From Octopus sinensis (lineage: Eukaryota), in contig NC_043005.1 of the NCBI RefSeq assembly GCF_006345805.1, positions 72,354,001-72,418,000 of the forward strand: a stretch of DNA of 64,000 nt. The letters are read 5' to 3'. The notes beneath the pieces were generated by a model, which worked only from the letters and a program-made list of their open reading frames with translations, was not told where the DNA came from and did no database searches. Positions 51,439 to 64,000 of the stretch are shown here, piece after piece. Positions within the stretch are counted from its first letter, which is position 1, and every line of letters starts with the position of its first letter. Position numbers and translations under genes: made by a program.

Positions 51439-51852
51439 TTCTTTTCTTATTCTTTTATTCTTTCATTTGTTTCAGTCATTTGACTGTGGCCATGCCTTTA
51501 GTTGAGCAAATCGACCTCAGGACTTATTCTTTGTAAGCCTAGTACTTATTCTATTGGTCTCTTTTGCCAAACTGCTAAGTTACAGAGATGCAACCACACC
51601 AACATTGGTTGTCAAGTGATGGTGGGGAGACAAACGCACAAACACACACACTCACTCACGCTCACATACACGCACACACACACACATATATATATACGAC
51701 AGGCTTCTTTCAGTTTCCATCTACCAAATCCACTGACAAGGCTTTGGTCGGCCCAAGGCTATAGTAGAAGTCACTTGCCCAAGTGTCACACAGTGGAACT
51801 GAACCCAGAACCATGTGGTTGGTAAGCAAGCTTCTTCCACACAGCCACTCCT
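51439..51852 (-). mobile_element. SINE family 1, full length
   Basis: Reverse complement of the family consensus. Confidence 0.88.
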
Positions 51853-51859
51853 GCTCCTT

Positions 51860-51894
<35 letters not shown>

Positions 51895-51896
51895 TG

Positions 51897-51927
<31 letters not shown>

Positions 51928-51956
51928 AATATATATATAGTATATATATATATATA

Positions 51957-51993
<37 letters not shown>

Positions 51994-52110
51994 ATGTATA
52001 GTTATATATATAGATAATATATATGTATATGCATATATAGTATGTGTAGATGTATTATATTTAGAAATATATATAATATATGTAGATGCATATATATATA
52101 TGTATGTATG

Positions 52111-52149
<39 letters not shown>

Positions 52150-52206
52150 GCATATAATATATGTTATGTATGTATATGCATTGTATATAATGTATGTATG
52201 TATATG

Positions 52207-52237
<31 letters not shown>

Positions 52238-52360
52238 ATGTTATATATATATATGATATATAGATATATATATATGCAATATATATATATATATGTATGT
52301 ATGTATATGTTATATATATATATGTATGTATGTATGTATATATATATATATATAATATAT

Positions 52361-52394
<34 letters not shown>

Positions 52395-52544
52395 ATATTT
52401 ATATAGGCATATAATATATATATATGTATGTATGTATATGTAATATATATATATATATATATATGTATATGCATATATATATATAGTATGTATGTATATG
52501 GATATATATATTATATAGATATATATATTATATATGTATATGCA

Positions 52545-52575
<31 letters not shown>

Positions 52576-52600
52576 GTATATGTATATATATATATATATT
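51860..52600. repeat. ~740-bp (TA)n/(TATG)n tract
   Basis: Direct reading. Confidence 0.95.
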
Positions 52601-52930
52601 ATCTTAAAGTAATAAAGTTAATGTTGGTCATAGAGTAATCAATGGTTTTGCATATGTATGTGCATGATATTTTGTGTGTGTTTGTGTGTGTCCTTTTGTT
52701 TTTAACTTCACATGATAGTTATAAACAGGTGCCACTGTCAAATAAGTGATGTTGTCCATTTCCCGTCTTCCATGAAAATCTGTCTGATTGAGGGAAAATA
52801 TTATGCTGCTTGGCAGATGAAGGTCGTCTGGCTGTTAAAACATCTGCTTTGGCGTATTCTTTCTGATCCAAGCAAGTACAGGAAAACACAAGCTGAAATG
52901 CCAAAGACAGCAATGACCTAAAAATCTAAG

Positions 52931-53746
52931 ACTCTTTTACTCTTTTACTCTTTTACTTGTTTCAGTCATTTGACTGCGGCCATGCTAGAGCACCGCCATT
53001 TAGTTGAGTAAATCGACCCCCAGGACTTATTCTTTGCAAGCCTAGTACTTATTCTATCAGTCTCTTTTGCTGAACCACTAAGTTACGGGGGACGTAAAGA
53101 CACCACCATCAGTTGTCAAGCAATGGTGGGGGGGGGGGGGACAAACACAGACACACAAACATATACACACATACATATATGGCTGTGTGGTAAGTAGCTT
53201 GTTTACCAACCACATGGTTTCGGGTTCAGTCCCACTGCTTGGTACCTTGAGCAAGTGTCTTCTACTATAGCCTCGGGCCAACCAAAGCCTTGTGAGTGGA
53301 TCTGGTAGACGGAAACTGAAAGAAGCCCGTCGTATATATGTATATATATATATGTGTGTGTGTATGTTTGTATGTCTGTGTTTGTCCCCTTAGCATTGCT
53401 TGACAACCGATGCTGGTGTGTTTATGTCCCATTACTTAGCGGCTCGGCAAAAGAGACCGATAGAATAAGTACTTGGCTTACAAAAGAATAAGTCCCAGGG
53501 TGGAGTTGCTCAATTAAAGGCAGTGCTCCAGCATGGCCGCAGTCAAATGACTGAAACAAGTAAAAGAGTAAAAGAGATATATATGACGGGCTTCTTCCAG
53601 TTTCCATCTACCAAATCCACTCGCAAGGCTTTGGTCGGCCCGAGGCTATAGTAGAAGACACTTGCCCAAGATGCCATGCAGTGGGAATGAACCCAAAACC
53701 ATGTGGTTGGTAAGCAAGCTACTTACCACACAGCCACTCCTGCGCC
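52931..53746 (-). mobile_element. SINE family 1 (minus strand) interrupted by an antiparallel copy of the same family
   Basis: 3' half 52931-53180 and 5' half 53577-53746 join into one complete minus-strand SINE. Confidence 0.88.
53181..53576 (+). mobile_element. SINE family 1 nested in the internal (AT)n of another copy
   Basis: GGCTGTGTGGTAAGTAGC...AAGTAAAAGAGTAAAAGAG, flanked by ATATAT on both sides. Confidence 0.9.
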
Positions 53747-55012
53747 TATTGTCTAAAATTCTAGAAAATCTTTGAGCTGTTTGCATTTCTGGCTTATAAA
53801 GTAACACGGAAAAGAATACTTAACTTAACCTTGAATAGTGTATAGATTTAAAACTACTTTTCTTAGCTGCAAAATTGGAAGGTTTTCACCTTTAATTACA
53901 TTACTGCATAATACTATGTTCTAAATCCGGCTTCCATTAGTCACAATAAAATTAATATCAGAGATAGGTTATTTCAAAGTATCTGAGTGCTTAATACTTA
54001 CATTGGTCTACATAAATGAATTTTTTTTTTTAATTGGCTAGAGCTATTGAGTTGTGTTTTTAAGTAGTCTCATATATTTTCTCTTGATCTGTTTTCTGAA
54101 AGAAAGAAAAAAAGGAAAGAAAGAGAGAGAGAGAGAGTGGGGTGGGTAAATAACTATATCAGTCTCTGTAGTAAGAGTAGACAACTATGCTATTAATTTA
54201 GCTGAAAAAAGTCAAGCCAATGAAAACTGCTAGAGAACCACTTCAACTGCTAGAAATAGCAGTCAAGCTTTCTTGAACTCATGCACTTCCATATTAGAAA
54301 AGAAATGAAACATGTTGAATAATGTAGTCCACCAGCATACTTTGAAATAGATGGGATGGTTATGGCTGGAATGGCCTTTGTTCATATATGCCTGCTCAAC
54401 AGAAGTTGACCCAGGGCTAAACAACAACAGCTACCTGGCAATATTTCAAGCATTCATGTTATGTCTTAAGCACTGCATTATAATCCTGGCAAAGACACAT
54501 AGCTCAAAATAGCTTTATCCAACTTGTAGAAAGAAGTACATAACCCTACCGCCGTTACCACCACCCATAGCCCCTATAAGTTTAAGAGATACAGTGTAAA
54601 TTGTTAGCTGAACATGTCAAGCCTGTCAGTTTGACATGTTCAACTACAAAAACGTCCCATGGCTCTATCGATGGCCACAGAAAAGCACCTAGATGTGTCA
54701 TCATCCTTTGAATTGTAAAACTAGACAGGAAAGGAAGTATTCTCTGATGCTCCAAACTCAATATGATGCCAAACGTTTTAACTGCGTTATAAAAAAAAAT
54801 GAATTGTATTTGTTCATTTAGTACTAAAGTTATATAAGTGCAACAAATAACTTGGAAGCCATTCACTACAAGTGTCAGGATCAAATGATACAGTTATTGG
54901 ACTTTGGCCATGTTGGAGCACTCTCTTTCAGTCAACTGTATTAATCTCAGGAACTATTAAAATTTTCTTTGTAAATATATATTATGTCTTTCCACGATTT
55001 TACTTTTAAATG

Positions 55013-55044
<32 letters not shown>

Positions 55045-55048
<4 letters not shown>

Positions 55049-55378
55049 TCATCATCATCATCATCATTGTTTAATGTCTGTTTTCCATGTTAGCATGGGT
55101 TGGACGGTTCGATCGGGGTCTGGGAAGCCAAGAGGCTGCACTAGGCTCCAGTCTGATCTGGCAGTGTTTCTACAGCTGGATGCCCTTCCTAACGCCAGCC
55201 ACTCCATAAGTGTAGTGGGTGCTTTTTACATGCCACCGACATGGCCACCAGTCAATGCTGGCATCGGCCATGTTCGGATGGTGCTTTTTACGTGCCATCG
55301 GCACAGGTATCACGACTACAATTTCCATTTGATTTTAATTTTGATGTTGATGTACTTGACTCAATAGGTCTCCTCAAG

Positions 55379-55381
<3 letters not shown>
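55045..55381 (-). mobile_element. RTE 3' UTR fragment
   Basis: Same subfamily as 26634-27020 (ends TACTTGACTCAATAGGTCTCCTC). Confidence 0.88.
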
Positions 55382-55414
<33 letters not shown>

Positions 55415-55607
55415 TTATGTTATATATATATACATATATGTTATATACATATACATATGCATATATGTTATATACATATATATATATATGTTATATATAT
55501 ATATATATATACATATATATTATATATATATATACATATATGTTATATACATATATATATGTTATATATGTATATATATATGTTATTTATGTATACATAT
55601 GCATATG

Positions 55608-55641
<34 letters not shown>

Positions 55642-55742
55642 CATGCATACATACATGTATATATAATTGTTAAACAGGCCAGTAAACATTAAGGCAAGGC
55701 AAACATCTCAATACAATATTATTATAGGAAAAAATTCAAAAA

Positions 55743-55781
55743 ATCTTACAGGTGAGTATGGGATATTCCATCATCAGAGAC
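55743..55781 (-). ncRNA. Deleted hammerhead remnant (left arm of foldback)
   Basis: Minus strand GUCU-CUGAUGA-UGGAAUAUCCCAUACUCA-C-CUGUA-AGAU; GAAA box and 3' strand of stem II missing. Confidence 0.55.
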
Positions 55782-56127
55782 AAATAGGGAAAATGAGATT
55801 AATGAGATGATGACATAGAGGAAGGGAGTAAAAGAATAAGGAGATGAAAAGAAAGAAAAAAAAAGAAGCATAAAAGTTCATAGTTCAACTTTCCGAAGTT
55901 ATAGAAACAAGAGCATGAGTCCTTAGGTGCAATCTATGGATCTACACAGGATTGCATGTAAGGACTCATGTTCTGGTTTCTATAACTTCGGAAAATTGAA
56001 CTATGAACTTTTCTGCTTCTTTTGTTTTTTTACTCTCTTTCCATCACCTTATTCTTTTACTCCCTTCCTCTATGTCATCATCTCATTAATATATACAATT
56101 CTCATTTTCCCTATTTCTTCCCTATTT

Positions 56128-56183
56128 GTCTCTGATTACAGAATATCCCATACTCAGGGATATCCCAGAAACAGCTGTAAGAT
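56128..56183 (+). ncRNA. Hammerhead remnant with mutated core (right arm of foldback)
   Basis: GUCU-CUGAUUA(G8U)-CAGA-AUAUCCC AUACUCA GGGAUAU-CCCA-GAAA-CAGCUG-UA-AGAU; same family as 12311-12358. Confidence 0.6.
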
Positions 56184-56437
56184 TTTGAATTTTTTTCATT
56201 ATGATATTGTATAGGACTTGAGATGTTTGCCTTGCCTTAATGTTTGTTGTCCTCTTTAACAATTATATCTCCATTGCATCGCTAATCTGCAATGGCTCCA
56301 TAACTACCATTGTGGCTATAACCTTTGAGCCCTAGTAATCTGTTACACCACTTACCTAGTGTACCTAATCGTTTAGATCACCTGTGAACTACACCCCCCC
56401 CATACTTTGTGTGTGTATATATATATATATATATATA

Positions 56438-56597
56438 CACTCATGGAGTGGTTTGCGTTAGGAAGGGCATCCAGCTGTGGAAACACTGCCAGATCAAACT
56501 GGAGCCTGGTACAGCCTCCTGGCTTCCCAGACCCTGGTTGAACCGTCCAACCCATGCTAGCATGGAAAACGGACGTTAAGTGATGATGATGATGATG
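56438..56597 (+). mobile_element. RTE 3' end fragment with (TGA)n tail
   Basis: AGGAAGGGCATCCAGCTGTGGAAAC...CCCATGCTAGCATGGAAAACGGACGTTAAG(TGA)6; an older minus-strand copy follows at ~56609-56800. Confidence 0.85.
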
Positions 56598-58514
56598 AAA
56601 ATATATCCTCATCATCATCTTTTAATGTCTGTTTTTCATGCTGATATGAGTTGGATGGTTTGACAGACTACAGGGCTATGCTAAGCTCCACTGTCAGCCC
56701 TGGCATGGTCGCTATAGCTGGATGCTTTTCCTAATGCCAGCTGTTTTACAATGTGTACAGGCTGCTTTTTCTGTCATGCCACCAACACCAGTGAAATTTC
56801 AAGTAAATTGCAAGAGAGAACAGGAATAAAAGGGGAAAAACTCCTGCTACCAGGTCATGGGGAGTATTTAAGGTGATGGGGAGAGATTCCTTAATATATA
56901 TATATATATATATATATATGCGTGTGTATGTGTGTGTGTATAATATTCATAAGATGAAAAATATGTAGCAATTGTTTCTGTAAAACTCCATTTTTAACCA
57001 CACTGTATGTAAATGATTCTATGTGAAAAGTTACATATCATGTGCAGTTGAATTTATCAGAATTGCACTTCATATGACTTGCATTAACTTGTATCTCTTT
57101 GGATTGTGCAAAAATATGTATCTTGCGTTACTTATCTAGGGGTACCAGAGGACAATGAGTACAAAAATAATAATGACGAAAAACGATAAAAATAATTTGA
57201 TCAGACTAAAATTTGTGAAAATATGTATAAACTTCATATTCCTTGTATGTGTTTAACCTTCAGAATCAAACATGAAAACATAAAAATAAATTCAGAAGAG
57301 AGCTTTTGTAATATTTGTGATAGGAATTTACAATATGACAAGATATTTCTTTATGAAAGCTCAATGAAGTAGAAAGAATTCAAATTTTTTGTTATGATAA
57401 TACATAAATATATAAAGATGGTTCTGTAACAACAGATGTACATTAATAGGTTCTTGAGAAACATATTAAAATGATTCTATTTCTTTCAAATATATTTACG
57501 AGAAAAATGTCATTTTGCATTTCACCTTCTTTTATGGAATAAAACGGAATATCTATGTATTTTATTTGAAACATTTCTAACAAAAGAAATTACGTATATT
57601 TTTTTTTATCTCTTGGGGGTCACCCATATAGAAGAGCAATATCATATATTTGTCTTTTATTATGAGTACATTTCATAAGAATGTGATGGAATTTAAATGT
57701 TTAATGTGTTATTGTTTTATTGCTAGCTTCCTCTCAGGAAGTGTTAAAATGTATTCTTTCCCATATGTATTATTTTCCTGTTGTTATGTATTATTTAACA
57801 ATTAAAAGCATGTTTAAACACATTTCCTTTTGGATGTGTTTTGATGGTTTTTTTTCTTTGTCATCTTAAATAAATATGTCTTCGTCATTTAAGCAATGAA
57901 AATTTCCTATTATTAATAATTTCATTGTCATATTCAAACTGAGAATGAAAAGCAAGAGAATAAATATTTGAGTAGCTTAAAATGTTCTAGCTACAAATTT
58001 GAGTAAGATTTATTACATATTCCCATTGGTTACAATAAAGTTCTTAGAAGTTACTCAAACATTCCATATAGTAATCTCTGTTTAATAAATATGAATCATG
58101 TTTCACACATGCTTTCTTCAACTTCAAATTGTTTTATGGTTTGCATGCTGTGGTATAAATTTGCTATATATAAAAGTATGCATAATTACAATGGCCATGA
58201 TGATAATACAATTATACAAAAAGTTTCTGTTAGGTTGTCAGATAAATTTCTTTATTTTTTTTTTTTTTACTTTTATTTAAATTCTCTCAAGTGTTATTTG
58301 AATTCATACGAAAAGTATTTTTATCACAGACTTTCTTTTTATAAGAAAATCTCAAAACATAATTTAAGGAACTATGAAGGAGGAGAAGTTATGACAAAAA
58401 GAATTAATTTACTTCAGGTTTGAAAGGATTCATCTCATAAGAACAAGGAAGAGAGTTCCAAATTCTGAGAGTTCTAGAAAAAAATGCAACAATCATAGAA
58501 AGACTTCCTTATTC

Positions 58515-58730
58515 GTGGAAGCACAACAGCATTTGGATGAAGATGTAGTGAGTTTCAAATCAGAAAGAATAGCACAAACTGATTTGGATCTAATAGAGAA
58601 AGTTCATCAGAAAACTCCCTGTGGCAATAACAATAGAAAAAAACTAAGACTGGTAGCATCACATCGATGTGACAAGGGTTGCAGAGTTGTAACAAGAGAG
58701 GAACCAATCAAATTAGAGACTTGCTTCTAA
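58515..58730 (+). pseudogene. Possible highly degraded Tc1-family transposase C-terminal remnant
   Basis: RIAQTDLDLIEKV resembles the WPAQSPDLNPIENVW motif; weak evidence only. Confidence 0.3.
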
Positions 58731-59021
58731 ACTCATTTGAGGAGATCCAAGCGACAAGATCATGCACCAGCCCAAATATGACAATAATATTCCATACAAA
58801 GATGAACTGGGTTTTTGTAGCTCTGTTCTTCCGCTACAAGTATTGTTCATCGATTTTTTAATTTGAACCACTTCTAATTCTTTTCCAACATATGATGATG
58901 GACTGTAAGAAAAGTAAGAAAAAATAAATGAACAAAATTATCTGACTGCCCAATATTTCTGTACTGATATTATAGTCTCTCTTTTCTTTTCTTTTTTTCT
59001 TTTTTTCCATCCCATATATAG

Positions 59022-59232
59022 ATTATAACATCCCAGGCGAAGCAATCAAAGATGGTGTGTGCAGTTTTTTGTATGATAGTAAGAAAACTAAAGAGGGATC
59101 ATTCAATTCCCCTCGACATCCTGGCCTTTATTTTATCAACCTTGATTGTATTTATATTTTCCGAGGAAAACGAGATGAGAAGATTGCAATTTCCTTTGAG
59201 GTATTCAATTTACCCAACAATGATCCTTTGAC
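59022..59232 (+). CDS. sol-1: Coding exon, linker plus N-terminal half of the next CUB domain (SOL-1-like)
   Basis: Long polypyrimidine tract with TAG acceptor, GTAAGT donor at 59233; 211 nt, phase 1 to 2; DYNIPGEAIKDGVCSFLYDSKKTKEGSFNSPRHPGLYFINLDCIYIFRGKRDEKIAISFEVFNLPNNDPLT. Absent from the ORF track because it has no upstream start in frame. Confidence 0.92.
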
Positions 59233-59487
59233 GTAAGTTGGCTTTTATTATTCAGAAAAATTTATCCTCTCACCAAAAAAAAAAAGACAAAAACAAAACC
59301 AGAAAAAAAAAAAACATTTGCAGTGGTGACTGTGTGGTTAAGAAGTTTGCTTTGCAACCATGTAGTGTGGGGGTTCAGTTCCACCATGCAGCACCTTGAA
59401 CAGGTGTCTTTTACTATTGCCTCGAATCAACCAATACCTTATAGGTGCATTTGGTAGATGGAAATACGTATATGTGTATAAATATAG

Positions 59488-59730
59488 CATCATCATCATC
59501 ATCATTTAGCATCTGCTTTTCATGACAGAAAGCTGGTAAATTTGAAGAGCAGTACCAGGTTCCAATCTGCTTTGGCATGGTTTCTACAACTGGATGCCCT
59601 TCCTAATGCCAACCACTCCAAGAGTGTATTGGGTGATTTTTATGTGCCACCAGAATCAGCCAGTACTATGATTTCACTTGGCTTGACGAGTCTTCTCAAG
59701 TACAGCATATCACTAAAGGTCTCGGTCACT
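59488..59730 (-). mobile_element. RTE 3' fragment reaching the ORF2 end
   Basis: (CAT)n tail; distal GTCTTCTCAAGTACAGCATAT...AAGGTCTCGGTCACT resembles 5542-5580. Confidence 0.75.
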
Positions 59731-59819
59731 CATGGTTTTGCTCACTTTATATATGTATGTATGTATGTATGTGTGTATGTATGTATGTATGTATGTCTGT
59801 CAGTCAGTCAGTCAGCCAG

Positions 59820-60245
<426 letters not shown>

Positions 60246-61122
60246 TATGTGTGTACGTATGTGTGTATGTATGTATGTATGTATGTATGTATGTATGCAT
60301 GCTTGTATGTATGTATGAATGTATGTATGTATGTTCGTATGTATCTATACATGTGTGTTTTTGTGTTTATGTTTGTCTTCCTACTCATTGTTCGACAACC
60401 AGTGTTGGTTTGTTTACATCCCTATATCTTGGAGGTTCAGTAAAAGTGACAAACAGAATAAGCAGCAGATCATACAGCAATTAAGCACTGAGGCTGATTT
60501 ATCCAACTATATCCCTTTGCAGTGGTGCCCCAGCAGGGCCACAGTCCAATTAAGAAAACAAGCAATAAGTAAAAAAAAAAAAGTATAACAGACATAAGTC
60601 ACTGGCTTAATATTATAGTCAATAATAACCTTATATTTTATTGCTGCTTAGAAAAATCAATCATCTTTTCACAGGACAGCAAAACCTCATGATAGGTTAA
60701 AATAGATTTAGCATTTTTATTAAAGAACATAGCTTTGTGAATGACACCTGCTTATATTTCAGAAGACAATTATTATTTAGGAACATATATATTTCTGTAG
60801 AGAAATTTCGTCTCAAGTTGATTCCAACATGAAAACAGATCATTTTACAGAAAGCAACCAAATAAATGAAGTTAAATAGTCATCTAATACTGCTCTTAAA
60901 TTAATAAATGTGTCTTCCCCATGGAATTTGTCCAAATAGTCATAATGTATATAATAATACAGAGAGGGGAAAAATGAGATCAAATTCATATCTATGAATA
61001 TCCAGAGACATGAAAAATAATCTTACTGTAACTGAAATACAGTATGATAAGATATACTCTTGCGCCCACACTATGTGCATACATATGCGGATGTAAACAT
61101 ACATAAATGCATGTAAGCATGC

Positions 61123-61362
61123 CATCATCCTCATCATCATCATCATCATTATTTAATGTCTGCTTTCCATGCTGGCATGGGTTGGGATGGTTTGACTGAG
61201 GACTGGCAAAACATGAGGCTGCACTAGGCTCCAGTCTGATCTGGCAAGGTTTCAAGGTTTCTACAGCTGGATGCCCTTCCTGATGCCAACCACTCTGAGA
61301 GTGTAGTGGATTGCTTTTTATGTGCCATCAGTATGGGAACCAGTCAGGTGGCATTGGCATTG
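61123..61362 (-). mobile_element. RTE 3' UTR fragment
   Basis: (CAT)n-TTTAATGTCTGCTTTCCATGCTGGCATGGG...GGATGCCCTTCCTGATGCCAACC. Confidence 0.82.
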
Positions 61363-61609
61363 TCTTTCTCTATGTCTATGTGTGTGTGAGTATGTGTGAG
61401 TGCACATATATGTGTATGTTTCCATAACCAAGCTAAGAAACTCAGTGTAACATAACTTACCACACTGACTAGTAAACAAGCTACAAGCTACATTAAGTTT
61501 CTCAACTTGAATACATAGTTTTTTTTGCCAGCATATTTTGCATGCCCTTACTATGTATACATACATATGTACATACATACACATATGTATGTATGTACAT
61601 ACATAATGC

Positions 61610-61642
<33 letters not shown>

Positions 61643-62604
61643 TATATATATCAAGGTATACTCTATTATAGATCCATTTTCTTTGCTTATACCAATTGGT
61701 TTCACATTGGATATTAGTTTCTTGGTCATTAATAGCAATGTAGTTAACTAACACTACATGTTCTTCAGAGATGGCAGATATGATAGAAGTATGACAATTA
61801 TATATATATATATATATATTCATCAACTGTGCAAACAACATGAAATACATAAAGAACGAGAGACAAAATGGAAAACAGGACAAGTAGACACAGAGAAAGG
61901 ACCCTTCATCAGTTGTTGGCTGTCAAACTTCTCCTCATATCAAGCCTTCAACGACAATATGAGTCTTCAAAGACAGCTGCTCCCATAAATTCTAAAAGAA
62001 AATTTAGGATTTATGGAGAGTAAAGTTGGGAACAAAAACAGGACAGTGGAGACACACACACACATAATATCATATCATGTATGATTTTTTCCTGTACTCG
62101 GATGGGTTGAACTGACTTCTTTACACAACTCGCATTCTTCATCTGCATCACATACCCTTACCATTGCAGTCCACACTTTGGCTTATTTATCTTCTACTCA
62201 GTTTTTGTCTCAACTCATTTATGCTCTTCCATTCATTTATGCTAACACCACATATCCAATAGACCATGCTTGCTTCATATAAATAGACACACATGCATAC
62301 GTCATAGATGCTACAATGATTATTGCCCTCCCGCCTGGTATTAAAGTATTTAGAAGATTAGCAACTATCTACTGATCACTTATTAAATACTGTTACTCTA
62401 TATCATGATCATTAGAGTATATTTTCCTATTCTTAACAGAGAGTCTAATCAGAAATATCTTAGTCAACTCATCATTAGATATCATATGAGGTACTGGCTT
62501 TAATAATCACCTGATATTGGTATCTGTTAGGCTTCTTTATGCAAGCAACTATGGCTGGAAACCATAATCAAATCCTTGTTAGTACTGCTTATGCTTTTAC
62601 TCTT

Positions 62605-62900
62605 GCCAGTGGTTAGAGCAGCGGACTCACGGTCGAGGGATCGCAGGTTCCAATCTCAGCCTGTGCAATGTGTGTGTTTATGAGCGAAACATCTAAGCTC
62701 CACATGGCTCCAGCAGAAGGTAATGGCGAACTTCTGCTGACACTTTCGCCATAGCTTTCTCTCACTCTTTCCTCCTGCATCTTGCAGCTCACCTGCGACG
62801 GACTGGCGTCCCGTCCAGGTGGGGAACGTATATGCCAAGGAAACCGGGAAACTGGCCCTTATGAGCCAGGCATGGCTCGAGAAGGAACAAACAAAACAAA
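62605..62900 (+). mobile_element. tRNA-derived SINE, family 3 (V-domain-like 3' segment, AAC-rich tail)
   Basis: GTGGTTAGAGC A-box, GGTTCCAATC B-box, CTGCGACGGACTGGCGTCCCGTCCAGG segment, ends GAAGGAACAAACAAAACAAA; GC-rich relative to flanks. Confidence 0.75.
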
Positions 62901-64000
62901 GTTGTAGTAGAAGGCATTTGCTCAACATGAAATTAGACCCAGAACCATATGGTTGAGAAGCAATCCTCTTACCACATAGCCATGCCAACACCTGTAGCAT
63001 ACAAGTGCTTAGATTTGTCGAAAAACTACACACAAGCCACCTGTAATCAGCAGAATGCACTCATTGCTTGGTTACTACATAACATCCCTGTCACCAATAT
63101 TCCTTCTAATCCTTCATTGCGGATGTGCACAGAAGTTTGCCTTTGTGCAAACGTCGTCTTTATTTGCAAAGTATGTGCACATCCATGCGAGCAACCCTCT
63201 TCAATTAAAAAAATTTTGATTTCATCTTGTAAAGCCTGGGTGCACACCTTTTTCTCCTTTGTGTACCAATTGTAAAACACGTGCACGCTTGCACAAGCAC
63301 ACAACTTGAAGGGAACACTGCCTTACTACTCATAACAAAGGTTTCTTGGTTTCTTTTATTAGCTGAAAGCAATAAGGAACAAGGAGATATAGGCAATTTA
63401 ATGAAATACAATTCATGAGTGCTGTTTATTTTATCCACTTTCAATGGATGAAAGGCGAAGTCAGAACAAGTTGAAATCAAACTCAAGAAGATGGATGGAA
63501 CTAAATACTCAAACGCATATACATAATAATAGGCTTTCTTACATAAATCTGAGGAGGTGGGGGGTTGTTTTGTTTTTTGAACTGGGAAATACCATTTTCA
63601 AAACAATAGAAGATGTAAGGGAAGTGAATTAAGTAGCACTAGGAGATAAAACCATGCCATATCCACCGTTCATATGGAACGACTACAGCATATCAACAAA
63701 AAAAAAAAAAATGCATTGCTAATAGAAACCACCAGTTTATTGACAACAATGATATCACCTCCTCCCCTCCCTCCTTTTATTGTTGTTGTTGTTGTTCTGG
63801 TTGGTGCAACACAAGGTTATTATTATGTGAAAAGCAGTTGGGTTTTCAACTGGGTTTCCTGGTCCTTTCTTTGTCCCTGCCATATATTTCATAATCGTCA
63901 CATGTTTTGTAATATATTATTTTCGTATTTCTTTTTACATGATGTAATGTTCTATCTAAAAATGTTCATATTTGCACATGTCTACACACATGCACACATG

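Larger units (their letters stand above)
55661..56268. repeat. ~608-bp foldback of Penelope-like terminal fragments
   Basis: Arms from ATATAATTGTTAAA / TTTAACAATTATAT inward to GAGTCCTTA / TAAGGACTC and TGCAATC / GATTGCA; ~15-nt loop at 55935-55949. Confidence 0.92.

Overview
AT-rich, microsatellite- and retroposon-dense eukaryotic DNA. The repeat families (tRNA-derived SINEs, RTE 3' ends with (ATG)n tails, TTAA MITEs) suggest a coleoid cephalopod, most likely Octopus; this is an inference. The only well-supported host gene is three + strand coding exons (39692-39875, 47054-47241, 59022-59232). They splice in frame (phases 1-2-1-2) into tandem CUB domains resembling the SOL-1 family of glutamate-receptor auxiliary proteins, and the gene runs off both ends of what I could identify. 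The rest is apparently intronic: RTE LINE fragments, at least three SINE families, mariner, Tigger, piggyBac-like and hAT MITEs, local tandem duplications and long microsatellites. The most notable unannotated structures are: (i) several type I hammerhead-ribozyme motifs of the kind carried by Penelope-like elements, two sets of them arranged as inverted pairs (25.7-26.0 kb, 55.7-56.3 kb) and one with a non-canonical 3:8 core (37.8 kb); (ii) a ~1.08 kb TRIM-like non-coding LTR element with candidate PBS, PPT and TSD (43561-44636); (iii) an RTE copy whose 3' UTR is reiterated as a higher-order repeat. Nearly all ORFs in the supplied track are artefacts of microsatellites or repeats. No database searches were run; family assignments come from motif recognition, and boundaries of degenerate repeats are approximate.
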